The notes: generated from the letters alone by a model not told the origin. A DNA stretch of 64,000 nucleotides from a virus (IMGVR_UViG_3300037279_000046); one strand, 5' to 3'. Shown: positions 8,573-17,510, numbered from the stretch's first letter. Numbers and translations are program-made.

Positions 8573-9051
8573 TACAGGTCCTCGTCTTCCTCTTCGACCT
8601 TAGCTTCTTCTTCTTCTTCTTCTTTTTTCTGAGCAAAAGGATTATTCTCGTTGTCGTCTTCAGCAATACCTGCACGACAAGTGTAATCCTTAACGTCGTC
8701 AAACACGCCATCGAGCATCGACTCAGTAATGATGTCTTGGAAGTGAGCTTCGATATAATCAACCGTGTTCTCGTCCAAGATCTTCATAGCAGCAGCCAGA
8801 TCTTTTTGCAAGATAACAACTTTAGCATGATGCTGGTGATCTTTCCACATGATGCCGACAGTCTCACACATCTCTTCAAATGTGAAGACGCCGCGGATCG
8901 TAGAGGGTAAGAACTTAGCTTTAGAGCGATCGCCTGAGCTAACAGCCACGAGGAATGATTCTGATTTAAGGGAAGAGAGATCCATCGTCTCTAATTCACC
9001 AATGAAATCATCTCCGGTCTTAACTGGCAAGTTCATATTTGGATCAGACAT
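8572..9051 (-). CDS. hypothetical protein with poly-Glu C-terminal tail
   Basis: 159 aa; the (GAA)n run at about 8596-8640 encodes KKEEEEEEAKVEEEDEDL. Confidence 0.5.
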   Translation of the reverse strand: MSDPNMNLPVKTGDDFIGELETMDLSSLKSESFLVAVSSGDRSKAKFLPSTIRGVFTFEEMCETVGIMWKDHQHHAKVVILQKDLAAAMKILDENTVDYIEAHFQDIITESMLDGVFDDVKDYTCRAGIAEDDNENNPFAQKKEEEEEEAKVEEEDEDL

Positions 9052-9245
9052 TTATCACCTCTGGATTATATATTATTTCGGATCTTTTAACTCACCGTAT
9101 GTACGTGGACGCACAGTATACAGGGCAGTATAGCGAAAGCTATCTACCGATAAAGTCTTGATCTTGCCCTTAGAGTCTTGAATCTTAATGAAAGGATCTG
9201 TAGCTTGAAGTCGATTAGCTCTATCTCTAGGTGCAGGCTTAATCT

Positions 9246-9506
9246 CTAAAACAGTGAAGTGGCTCTTAGCTGAACCAGTTCAGCTTGTTCTGCTGGAGTC
9301 AACGGCTGCATGAGCTGGCCAAGCAGTGTCGTAATTTGTGACACAGTTAGAGTACTCGTACCAGTTGTAAGCTGCGGCATACCAAGGCCACCGATATTAT
9401 TGTTGTTGCCGCCAGGAATCGGCTGATTCTGGTTCAACATATCGTTTAGATCTTTTGTAAGCTGATCTATTGGATCGTCTTTTTTATCGAATGGCCACAT
9501 ACTCAC
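9246..9506 (-). CDS. hypothetical protein
   Basis: 86-aa ORF, Asn/Gln/Thr-rich, overlaps the upstream gene end. Confidence 0.35.
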   Translation of the reverse strand: MSMWPFDKKDDPIDQLTKDLNDMLNQNQPIPGGNNNNIGGLGMPQLTTGTSTLTVSQITTLLGQLMQPLTPAEQAELVQLRATSLF

Positions 9507-10300
9507 ACCTCACCGAGCATCTTTTTTACCATCTCTTCGTTCTTCTCATAGATGTGTAAGCTGTGCACAGTGTGAGTGTAATGTCCTTTAGTGAGGTTAG
9601 GATACACATCTTTAAGTTCTGCAACCATCTTATCCATGAGACCGCAGAACCACGGAAGGTCGTATACAAGACCCAGAGTGAGATCGTTCGAGCGCATGAC
9701 GACAGATAGATGTAACTGGTCGTTGCGGATCAAGAAGTTGCCATGCATCGTGCAAGTCTGATCCTTATTGCCGACCCACTGATGTTCTGGAAGAGAGAAA
9801 CGTAGGATAGCCTGACGAGTATCTTTATCAGCAAGAAGAGACTGCTTCGCCCACTCCCAAGGAGTGCGCATAACGTTTTCTTCTACTAGGAAGTGCGCAG
9901 TTTCTCCGTTTTCGTAGACACCTTCGTGGACAACTGTTTGGCGCTCAAAATGAGATCCGCTTGACTTTTTAGACCAGATAAGATGGCCGTACGCGCTGTT
10001 AACAGTGCCGTCAGGGTTAGCGAGACTGAGCCAAAATTTTGAGGCTCGTCCGAAATCCTCTGCAGAATTCGTGCAGGAATCATATAGCTCCACTTCTTTC
10101 CGGGTGTATGAAGCAATAGTTTCGTTGCGCTTTGGATCTCGAGTAACGATAGGATCATCAGTAGGTCCCAAAACCCGGAATGAGTAGTCGAGTACTTCTC
10201 TGCAAGGTTGCCCGCGTGGCGCGCTCTTGACGTCAGGGTTGTAGTAGACATCCGCGAGGGTACCGAGATAGGCTTCCGAGACATTTTTATATACTTTCAT
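9503..10300 (-). CDS. thymidylate-synthase-fold pyrimidine hydroxymethylase/methylase homolog; predicted dCMP hydroxymethylase-like (Asn to Asp specificity switch)
   Basis: Aligns to the ThyA core: QTCTMHGNF vs PCHAFFQF (catalytic Cys), MRSNDLTLGLVYDLPWF vs QRSCDVFLGLPFNIASY. The PFN Asn is replaced by Asp, as at Asp179 of T4 gp42. Confidence 0.75.
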   Translation of the reverse strand: MKVYKNVSEAYLGTLADVYYNPDVKSAPRGQPCREVLDYSFRVLGPTDDPIVTRDPKRNETIASYTRKEVELYDSCTNSAEDFGRASKFWLSLANPDGTVNSAYGHLIWSKKSSGSHFERQTVVHEGVYENGETAHFLVEENVMRTPWEWAKQSLLADKDTRQAILRFSLPEHQWVGNKDQTCTMHGNFLIRNDQLHLSVVMRSNDLTLGLVYDLPWFCGLMDKMVAELKDVYPNLTKGHYTHTVHSLHIYEKNEEMVKKMLGEV

Positions 10301-10326
10301 GCGATCTCCTTACGGAGGCGATTGTA

Positions 10327-11013
10327 CTAATACTCTTTGGTCATTAGTTCTAATTCAGCCGAGTAAATGTTTGAGCGAAGAAGCTCGACGAAGAATACAC
10401 TCTGGTGTGACTCAATCTCAAAACCCTTCTTGATGTATTTAGTGAGGCGACGAATGCTAACCCCACGTGGAACGGGATTGAAGCAGATCTTCTTCTGAGT
10501 GCAGTCTTCCATAGAGCCTGCAACTACATAAAGAACACCTAGATTGGGATCGATCGCCATGGAGCAAGCGCGAATGTCAAAACGAGAGATAAGGTGGGCA
10601 GGCGAAGTGTGCTCTACTCCGTAGATCAAGTTTACTTTCTGTGAACCTAGATGACCGTATGCGCACATAGGATTAGTAAAGTCAAAGTGTGCGGCATTAA
10701 GTTTAGCAAACTCCTGAGCAAGTTCTTTGGTCTGGAAGTATAGATCGATATCGTCGTACGTGAGTATGAGTCCAGCTAGCTGTTTAGCAACGATGCTCAT
10801 TACGTATGAACCAGAGATAAGTGTGCCAAACGGAAACTTAACTCCGGTGTTTATGTTTATAGAACCTTTGCGCACTTCTACGTTAGCATCGTAGTCATCC
10901 ATCAGAAGAGCGCTGCCGAGATGTGACAGTTGCTCTTTATATAGAGCTTCACCCTTTTTGATATCTTGAACAAGAGGAATAAAGAACTTAGGGTTGATTA
11001 AGAAATCGCTCAT
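10327..11013 (-). CDS. hypothetical protein
   Basis: 228-aa ORF with a GS...DxD-like segment (LGSALLMDDYDAN, DIDLYF); a nucleotidyltransferase fold is possible but not established. Confidence 0.5.
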   Translation of the reverse strand: MSDFLINPKFFIPLVQDIKKGEALYKEQLSHLGSALLMDDYDANVEVRKGSININTGVKFPFGTLISGSYVMSIVAKQLAGLILTYDDIDLYFQTKELAQEFAKLNAAHFDFTNPMCAYGHLGSQKVNLIYGVEHTSPAHLISRFDIRACSMAIDPNLGVLYVVAGSMEDCTQKKICFNPVPRGVSIRRLTKYIKKGFEIESHQSVFFVELLRSNIYSAELELMTKEY

Positions 11014-11544
11014 GCTTTCTCCAGATATTGAATAGCTCTGATAAGAGTGTTTATATTCTCTTTAGAGTTGCCAATCATCACGTTGCAATTGAAACATAAA
11101 AGCCCTCTCACTTTACCTGTCGTATGACAATGATCAACATGGAACCTAGAACTAAACTCTGATGCATATCTTTCACAGACTCCGCATTTGTTGTCTTGAG
11201 AATGAAGCAATAGTTCATAGGCCATGATAGCTTCTTTAGGAGATAATTCTGGCCAATACTTAGTTAAGTGGTGACCTTTATTGTTTCTTTTTTTCTTGTA
11301 CGGTATTTAAAGATTTCCAATTTGCTTTTAACTTAGAAATAAACTCTGGATTATTTTCACGATAGTTTTTCGAAGTTTGACAAGTGCATTCGCGACATGA
11401 AGGCTCTAAACCATCTTTTGCTTTTTTCTTTTTATTAAAAAGCTTTAAAGGTTTAGGTGTTTTGCACTTTGTACAAACTTTATTTTTCACTATCATGCTC
11501 CCACAAAGTCTCCTCAATGTTCGCGTGCCACACACCGTATCCAT
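11010..11544 (-). pseudogene. Endonuclease VII-like gene split across two frames (frameshifted copy of the 29241/45050/49887 family)
   Basis: ORF 11278..11544 encodes the Cys-rich N-terminal zinc-ribbon half; ORF 11010..11225 encodes VDHCHTTGKVRGLLCFNCN (the Endo VII core). The two halves are in different frames with a 52-nt gap. Confidence 0.5.
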
Positions 11545-11968
11545 AACGCTTCTTGGTGAGACGCTTCATCATCTGACCAGTGCGATTAAACAAGTGTTGG
11601 AACACAAACGTGGATTCCTTGACAGAGCGACCTTCTTTAGTACGGTAGTTAGGATTGTAATTGTAGAGTGCAATACAAACTTCCGTGCGAAGATGCTGGC
11701 GAATATCATTCAAGGACATACCAGTGTTTCCAAGGGAATTATCCCCTTGACCTTTCTTGGTGTTCGCCTCGTTCCAGTTCTTAGCAACGTTATCGCGGAT
11801 ATACTTTTCGACCATAGGCTCGTACTTAAGAATGTCTTCGTTTGTCAAGGTGCGGTCATACTTGTTAAAGTTCTTAACCGGCTTCTCGTCATTTTCTTCT
11901 TCAGACTCTTCGACTTCTACCCCGAGGTCAATGAGCGTCTCTTCGGTATCAGAATTATCGTTGTTCAC
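11480..11968 (-). CDS. hypothetical protein
   Basis: 162-aa ORF with an acidic N-terminus; its 3' end overlaps the Endo VII N-terminal fragment ORF. Confidence 0.45.
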   Translation of the reverse strand: MNNDNSDTEETLIDLGVEVEESEEENDEKPVKNFNKYDRTLTNEDILKYEPMVEKYIRDNVAKNWNEANTKKGQGDNSLGNTGMSLNDIRQHLRTEVCIALYNYNPNYRTKEGRSVKESTFVFQHLFNRTGQMMKRLTKKRYGYGVWHANIEETLWEHDSEK

Positions 11969-12458
11969 TATATTTCTCCTCCATAGCTGTTAGTAGCGCG
12001 ATTGCATTGTCCACGTGTGCTTTGCTACCGATATCGGCACGCATGTCGTCGTCTGAGAACGAACGCAAGTATTTATACACAAGTACCAGAGTATCGTTGA
12101 ACTCTGTTGTGTTTGGCATACCTCTGTAGGTCCAGCGGTATAGTTTAGATTGACGCGGGTTCTTCATTCCAATGTTCTTCTCAATGAACCGACCGATAGA
12201 AGATCGGACGACTTCCATGGCCTCTTGAGCGATTTTGTCGGCATCTACGAGAAATTCTTTCGTGCCCAGATCGAATACCTCTGCGAAACGGTCCGTGACT
12301 ATCTCATTGATTACATTGCCTTCTTCGGCAACCGGACGCCACGGATGAACAGGTTCATGGACGTTAAGATCAATACTATCTCCATCCGATGAGAATGTCA
12401 ATCTAAATACTGGACGAGAACGATCAAATGTTTCTGCAACTTCTAATAACTCTTTCAC
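11955..12458 (-). CDS. hypothetical protein
   Basis: 167-aa ORF. Confidence 0.5.
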   Translation of the reverse strand: MKELLEVAETFDRSRPVFRLTFSSDGDSIDLNVHEPVHPWRPVAEEGNVINEIVTDRFAEVFDLGTKEFLVDADKIAQEAMEVVRSSIGRFIEKNIGMKNPRQSKLYRWTYRGMPNTTEFNDTLVLVYKYLRSFSDDDMRADIGSKAHVDNAIALLTAMEEKYSEQR

Positions 12459-13192
12459 TTAATCTCCTCCATAGAATAGATTGGGTCACCTTTGTGAGTC
12501 ATAACTTTAAGGCGGCAGAAGTTTGCATAGGCACGTGCGTCTCCGTCTTGGATGTAACCGCGGATCCAGCTACCCACTTTATTTGCTAACTCTGTATCCT
12601 TGATCTTCCACTCATTGTCTTTGAAGAGTTGTTTCAGACGGCGAGATAAATATGTGCGCTTCTTATATGTAGAGCGAGTCTTCATTCCGTCTTTACAGTT
12701 GCCGAGCAACTCCATGATGTCGTTGCAGCGGTTAATGCTGTCAGTATATAGGCTCATGTTGGAGACCATGTCGCATCCCTCTTTCCCCAGCAGACCCTCG
12801 AGCACCTTCTCGTCCATAGTTGTTGCCAACTTAACGAGTGTGATCTTACCGCCACGGATCTCTTTTTTCTCGAAATCCAACTCAATTCCTTCGCCGTAAG
12901 TTTCTATTTCGAAATTGAATAGGTTGGTTATCGCAGAACGATTGCTATAGCTCATGTAGATCTTAGCTTCGTGTGCGAGAATGTTAACTACACGGTCAAC
13001 AGTAAGATTGAGGCTGCATGAGCTTTCCAGGAACTTACAAAAGAGATCGAATGTAATCTCTACTTGATCTGGTAAAGCAGCTAGAACATCGTTAAGCTGC
13101 GAATCCATTGGCTCGGTCGCTTGCGAGATCCAATCTAACTCTTCGAACTTCTTATCGTCAAATACACCCATATAAGTTCTCCCTACAATCAA
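12455..13192 (-). CDS. hypothetical protein
   Basis: 245-aa ORF. Confidence 0.5.
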   Translation of the reverse strand: MIVGRTYMGVFDDKKFEELDWISQATEPMDSQLNDVLAALPDQVEITFDLFCKFLESSCSLNLTVDRVVNILAHEAKIYMSYSNRSAITNLFNFEIETYGEGIELDFEKKEIRGGKITLVKLATTMDEKVLEGLLGKEGCDMVSNMSLYTDSINRCNDIMELLGNCKDGMKTRSTYKKRTYLSRRLKQLFKDNEWKIKDTELANKVGSWIRGYIQDGDARAYANFCRLKVMTHKGDPIYSMEEIK

Positions 13193-13206
13193 TTATTGGA
13201 TCGGAT

Positions 13207-13389
13207 TTACTTACAGTAGTTGGGATCGTCCGTGTATTCTGCTGCACCCCAAGTTTTAGAGGAGATGCAACCTAGATCAAATAGAAACTCGACGAGTAGC
13301 ATAAACGCTGCCTCGTCGAGTGCTTCTTCATACTGAACGCCGTCATCTTCGGCGTACCCGGGAGGGTATCTATCACTTAGTTGGGACAT
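13207..13389 (-). CDS. hypothetical small acidic protein (internal Met of the 13207..13575 ORF)
   Basis: The 5' part of the long ORF overlaps 13373..13660 out of frame; plausible start at MSQLSDRYPPGY. Confidence 0.3.
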   Translation of the reverse strand: MSQLSDRYPPGYAEDDGVQYEEALDEAAFMLLVEFLFDLGCISSKTWGAAEYTDDPNYCK

Positions 13390-13660
13390 TGAAGCCAGCC
13401 GCTTCAGCGGCTTTAATGGATAGATCGCCGCGCGCCTCGTCTGTGCGACGAGTGCGAACGTAAGAGATATGGTCGAAGGTAACAAACTTGCCGTCAGGAA
13501 CGACGATCTTGTAAACTGTTCCTTCTTCGTCTTGGAAGAATCCGTCAATGCCAACTTCAGCTTTGACTTCTTCAATAGCCAACTTTAAGTTCTCATAGAA
13601 CTTCTTAACTTCAGCCTTTTGTTTCTCAAGAGCAACGAACTTCTTTTGTGCTTCGGTCAT
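13373..13660 (-). CDS. hypothetical protein
   Basis: 95-aa ORF with lysine-rich coiled-coil character. Confidence 0.45.
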   Translation of the reverse strand: MTEAQKKFVALEKQKAEVKKFYENLKLAIEEVKAEVGIDGFFQDEEGTVYKIVVPDGKFVTFDHISYVRTRRTDEARGDLSIKAAEAAGFNVPTK

Positions 13661-13677
13661 AGTGCCTCCACTAAATG

Positions 13678-14160
13678 TTACTTACGCAAACGTTTTACTT
13701 TCTTAATCGGCAGGCGCTTCTTCTTGGCCTTGCCGACCGAAGTAGCTTTCAACTGAACTGCCTTAATGTCTTCTTCCCAGCAGTCTTCGTCTTTTTCTTG
13801 CTTCTCAACAAGTTCTTCCATGTTAACGCCAGCGAGCATACGCTCGAGTGCTGTATCCAGATACAACTGATCGGGCATTTGTTCACGAATCTGTTGAATC
13901 AGATTTGCAAAGACTTTGTGTGCGCTAGCCGCGCCACGGATAATAACTGAGCATTCTTTTTGTTCAGGCTCACGTCCATTTGACGAGTTAGCCTGAGTCT
14001 GCTCAGGGATATAGATAACAGTGATCTGGAAGTACTTATCAACGACGGTGCGATAGCGACCGCTAGTCGAACGTACTTCATGGTGTTGAACTTGTTCATC
14101 CATAGTGATATGGCTGATCTTGTGGGCCAGGATATATTGGTTCTGAGTAACGATTACCAT
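13678..14160 (-). CDS. hypothetical protein with basic C-terminal tail
   Basis: 160-aa ORF ending KAKKKRLPIKKVKRLRK. Confidence 0.5.
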   Translation of the reverse strand: MVIVTQNQYILAHKISHITMDEQVQHHEVRSTSGRYRTVVDKYFQITVIYIPEQTQANSSNGREPEQKECSVIIRGAASAHKVFANLIQQIREQMPDQLYLDTALERMLAGVNMEELVEKQEKDEDCWEEDIKAVQLKATSVGKAKKKRLPIKKVKRLRK

Positions 14161-14490
14161 TTACTTACCTTTCAAGACTACATCTTCGAATGCAGTATCG
14201 ATATATTTATCGTCATACTTTTGTACCTGAGCGATCACAGACTTTGCAAGCTTGGCGAGTGTAGCGTGATCACTGTGGCTACATTTCCATAGCCGAGCCC
14301 CGCGATCCTCAGTAGTCCTATACTTAATTTGTAATTCGTAGTAAGGCTTTTCTATAGTCTTGTACTGAGGAAATAAGCCAAGAAAGTCAGAAGTCTTTAG
14401 GACCTTTTCTTTCTCTGTAGCTGTAATGATCATGCAAGATTGCATCTTGTCCATCTGGAGCATGGTGGTCTCGTTGATGACAATTGTCAT
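14161..14490 (-). CDS. hypothetical protein
   Basis: 109-aa ORF. Confidence 0.5.
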   Translation of the reverse strand: MTIVINETTMLQMDKMQSCMIITATEKEKVLKTSDFLGLFPQYKTIEKPYYELQIKYRTTEDRGARLWKCSHSDHATLAKLAKSVIAQVQKYDDKYIDTAFEDVVLKGK

Positions 14491-14499
14491 GCTTACTCC

Positions 14500-15021
14500 T
14501 TAGTGAGTGGTTCCGCTACCGTCGTCTTTGCCACCCTTATGAACAGTAAACTTACCCACGACGCTAGATTTAGAAGGCGGAGTAGGTACTGAAGGCTTAG
14601 GTGCAACAAGTACCATTTCAGCCATGAAGTCAGACAGGAACATCTCAGTGACTACGCCAGCTGGATCCATAGTGGTAATCTTAGGATCATGTCCGTCTGC
14701 AAGAATGCTTTTGAGAAGATCGCTCTTCTCTTGTTCGATCTCTTTTATCGCAGAATTAAGAGAGTTCTTGTATTTACCGTCAAGACCGTTCTTCTGCGGT
14801 TGATCCAGTTGACCGATAAGGTCTAACTGCTCATTGGTCAAATCTTTGACACGCTTCATTCGTTTCTCGATCTCAGAGCGAGTAACTTTCTTTGGCTCAG
14901 CTGGCTTACCGCTCTTATTTTTAACTGGGCGACTGCCGATATACATGATGGCCGCAACTACGCCAGCTGCACCAGTTAATAATCCAAGGAAATAGAAAGT
15001 TAATGCAGTCACCATAGTCAT
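14500..15021 (-). CDS. membrane-anchored coiled-coil protein
   Basis: N-terminal TM helix (ALTFYFLGLLTGAAGVVAAIMYIG) followed by a charged helical region. Confidence 0.5.
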   Translation of the reverse strand: MTMVTALTFYFLGLLTGAAGVVAAIMYIGSRPVKNKSGKPAEPKKVTRSEIEKRMKRVKDLTNEQLDLIGQLDQPQKNGLDGKYKNSLNSAIKEIEQEKSDLLKSILADGHDPKITTMDPAGVVTEMFLSDFMAEMVLVAPKPSVPTPPSKSSVVGKFTVHKGGKDDGSGTTH

Positions 15022-15521
15022 TTGCTTCTCCCGCGCAATTTTAGATACTTCTTATGCTTGCTGACAACTAGGTTCTTCTTCACCGGTCCCAGTTGGTCGA
15101 TGTATAGTTTACCGTTGAGGTGATCGACCTCGTGTTGAACCGCTGCAGCCGTAAACCCTTTATACTCCTGCGTTTGCTCTTCAAAGTTCTCATCAAGATA
15201 CTTGAGTGTGAGGACTTGAGCTCGCTCTGTATCAGAGAAGGTTCCAGGAATAGATAGGCAACCTTCTTGGAATGGAAGCATCTCACCTATCGCAGTTATC
15301 TCAGGGTTGATATAGAGTTTAGATTCATCAGTCTCTAAGTTCTTCAAGATAAAGAATCGCTTAGAGATGCCTACTTGATTTGCTGCAAGACCTGCGCCTT
15401 CAGCCTCATTCATTGTGGTGATCATTTCTGGGACTAGGGACTTAACGTAATCTAACTCTTCACGAGTAACAGGCTCTGTGACCTTGCGTAGAACAGGGTC
15501 AGTCATCATTGCTATCTTCAT
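15018..15521 (-). CDS. def: peptide deformylase
   Basis: Motifs GLAANQVG, EGCLSIPG and QHEVDHLNG (the three PDF motifs). Start set at the internal Met (MKIAMMTDPVLRKV), which has a GGAGG RBS 7 nt upstream. Confidence 0.85.
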   Translation of the reverse strand: MKIAMMTDPVLRKVTEPVTREELDYVKSLVPEMITTMNEAEGAGLAANQVGISKRFFILKNLETDESKLYINPEITAIGEMLPFQEGCLSIPGTFSDTERAQVLTLKYLDENFEEQTQEYKGFTAAAVQHEVDHLNGKLYIDQLGPVKKNLVVSKHKKYLKLRGRSK

Positions 15522-15756
15522 CGCAAGCCTCCTGTTTATGTTTATCATCAGGCAGGGCAGGACCATAGTAGAAGATCGGGCTTCCACCAGCAATATACTT
15601 CTCCTGAGCTCCAGGAAGATGGATCTCCATGTATCCGCGGACAATGTTAAGAACTTCACCCCACTGTAAATCGTGGTCGCAGCACATCTCCATGATGATG
15701 TCTTCAAGGTCTAGGGTGATGTCACCCATTGGACGAAGCTTCTTTTTCTTGGGCAT
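15499..15756 (-). CDS. hypothetical acidic protein
   Basis: 85-aa ORF whose 3' end overlaps the def start by about 23 nt. Confidence 0.4.
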   Translation of the reverse strand: MPKKKKLRPMGDITLDLEDIIMEMCCDHDLQWGEVLNIVRGYMEIHLPGAQEKYIAGGSPIFYYGPALPDDKHKQEACDEDSNDD

Positions 15757-15974
15757 TAGACCCTCACGTAGCTGCTATCTTCAGAGATAACTTCGCCATC
15801 TTGCAACAGCTTAACAGTTACACGAAGACGATCTGAGCCGTGCTCTTTAACCTTCTCTAGGTTAACAGAGACTGAGAGTCCAGATTTTGGGGATGTAGGG
15901 ATATTTTCTTGCTCTGCAGCTTGTGCGGGAGCAACGGATTCTTTCTTGCTTTTCTTTGCCATGCTTTTCTCCAA
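15756..15974 (-). CDS. hypothetical protein
   Basis: 72-aa ORF. Confidence 0.4.
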   Translation of the reverse strand: MEKSMAKKSKKESVAPAQAAEQENIPTSPKSGLSVSVNLEKVKEHGSDRLRVTVKLLQDGEVISEDSSYVRV

Positions 15975-15989
15975 TATAGAAACTTATAC

Positions 15990-16364
15990 TTATTTCTTTA
16001 ACAAAGCGTCCTCGAAAGCCTCATTGACTCTATTAGGAAAAGCCTTCATGATGGCCTCATTCTGTTTTCGTTCTATTGTGATCGCTTCAGCGTTGTCTAT
16101 TAAGTAGCGAATAGCATTTCTTAATCTTTTGATTTTTCGGTGTTTCCACGGGAAGATGGAGGTGTGAAAGTTGTCGCCACTAAGGTTAGCTATTTCCATA
16201 GCAATGGAGTTACGCTCAAAGTCTATCTTCACGTCATAGTAAGAACCTTTGCGGACCTTATATTCGCGATATCCTCCGTAGAAACCTAAGTTATCTGCTC
16301 CTTTAGCTAAGTCAGATAACACTTCACCTAGAACAATAATGATTTTATCTTCTGCCCACACCAT
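15990..16364 (-). CDS. hypothetical protein
   Basis: 124-aa ORF. Confidence 0.5.
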   Translation of the reverse strand: MVWAEDKIIIVLGEVLSDLAKGADNLGFYGGYREYKVRKGSYYDVKIDFERNSIAMEIANLSGDNFHTSIFPWKHRKIKRLRNAIRYLIDNAEAITIERKQNEAIMKAFPNRVNEAFEDALLKK

Positions 16365-16396
16365 GGAACCTCTCTTAAAATGAGATTATACTTGTG

Positions 16397-16470
16397 TGGC
16401 AAACCGCCCAGGAATCGAACCCGGTCTAAGAGGTTTGGAATCTCTTGTGCTACCGTTACACCAGCGGAAT
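16397..16470 (-). tRNA. tRNA-Trp (anticodon CCA) candidate
   Basis: Minus-strand read has D-arm GTGT/GCAC, anticodon arm AGAGA-TTCCAAA-CCTCT, T-arm CCGGG-TTCGATT-CCTGG and an encoded CCA. The acceptor stem has two U-U mismatches. Confidence 0.5.
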
Positions 16471-16674
16471 GTGGTTATCTTTCTCTTCAACAATGTTAAA
16501 TACTTCATCGACCATAATCATCTTAGTTCCTCAAGAGCTATGCGCATGTCGGTTTCACGAGTGCGCACGTTGAGTTTATATAGTAAGCGCAATAGTTGAA
16601 TTTTGATGCGATTCTGCTTCTCGTAAGCTCGCTTCTCTTTCCAGTAGTCAGACATTGCATCGCTCATGGGGTGT

Positions 16675-17238
16675 TTATACTTTCTTGTATCCCGGAAGTT
16701 TCTTGCCTTTTACACGGCAGAGTTTGAGTGCCTTTTCGATGCTGGCACTAGAGAATGGATTAGCGACGGATTTCATGTTCTTCCTGAGCATCTGTGCCCA
16801 GTAGAACTCTGCGAAAGGAATAGTAGACTTGTCGAAGCCACCCAACTCACGTACCATCCAAGCGAGTGAACGGTAAGGGTTATCAGACATACAGCGGATG
16901 TCAGCAGGCAGATCATACGGACTATGGGGACCTTTACCGAAGGCGTCATATAAGAAGACATACTTCATCTTCTTCATCTTTGCCCAGAATTTCTTCTTGC
17001 CCATCTTAGAGTAGTCGGCTTTTACTTCAACCACTACATGACGGTGGCCACATTCCCACATAGCTCTAACATAGTGATGGTGGTCGATTAGATACATCAA
17101 TCCACCAGGTCCTACGATGACTGGAACTTTCTTCTCAGAGTTATGTTCTCCGCGTTTTACCTTGGCGATCTTGTCATCAACATCTTTGAATCCTAGAGAG
17201 AACTGGGTAGGTTTTAGATCTAGAAGTAGTTTCTTCAT
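16675..17238 (-). CDS. ParB/sulfiredoxin-fold nuclease-like protein
   Basis: KIAKVKRGE...PVIVGPGG...YLIDHHH resembles the ParB N-terminal nuclease/NTP-binding motif (DGHHR-like). Confidence 0.6.
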   Translation of the reverse strand: MKKLLLDLKPTQFSLGFKDVDDKIAKVKRGEHNSEKKVPVIVGPGGLMYLIDHHHYVRAMWECGHRHVVVEVKADYSKMGKKKFWAKMKKMKYVFLYDAFGKGPHSPYDLPADIRCMSDNPYRSLAWMVRELGGFDKSTIPFAEFYWAQMLRKNMKSVANPFSSASIEKALKLCRVKGKKLPGYKKV

Positions 17239-17498
17239 TACCAGCCTCTTTCGTATGCAAGACCACTTGCTGTTCTGATGTTAAGCTTGCGAAGCAGTGT
17301 CAACACTTTCATTTGATGGTATTCGTCCATAGAACCGACATAGCCTGGGCGCTCACCGTAGTAAGACCACCAACTATGATCTTCGTCATCCCAGTAATAG
17401 GGATACCAACAATCAGTCTCCTGCTCTACAATCTGTAGCCAGTACTCATTGTGCTCTGATCTATTGTATTTATCTGTTCGATCACTGCGCCAGCTCAT
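17238..17498 (-). CDS. hypothetical Trp/Tyr-rich small protein
   Basis: 86-aa ORF, WYPYYWDDEDHSWWSYYGERPGY. Confidence 0.4.
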   Translation of the reverse strand: MSWRSDRTDKYNRSEHNEYWLQIVEQETDCWYPYYWDDEDHSWWSYYGERPGYVGSMDEYHQMKVLTLLRKLNIRTASGLAYERGW

Positions 17499-17510
17499 CT
17501 AAGCATTATA

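Noticed and set aside
8596-8640. (GAA/CTT)n simple-sequence repeat as a non-coding microsatellite
   Set aside because: It lies in frame within 8572..9051 and encodes the poly-Glu C-terminal tail.
9503-10300. Calling this gene thymidylate synthase (thyA)
   Set aside because: The Asn->Asp substitution at the pyrimidine-recognition position and the presence of ThyX argue for a hydroxymethylase-type paralog rather than ThyA.
11384-11986. Long plus-strand ORFs antisense to annotated genes (for example 11384..11986, 18523..19194, 21376..22155, 33362..33919, 34236..34670, 38699..39175, 44472..44804)
   Set aside because: Each lies entirely inside a minus-strand gene with strong motif support (Endo VII-N, NadV, SPFH, VWA, MoxR, AAA, ligase). 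No RBS and odd composition.
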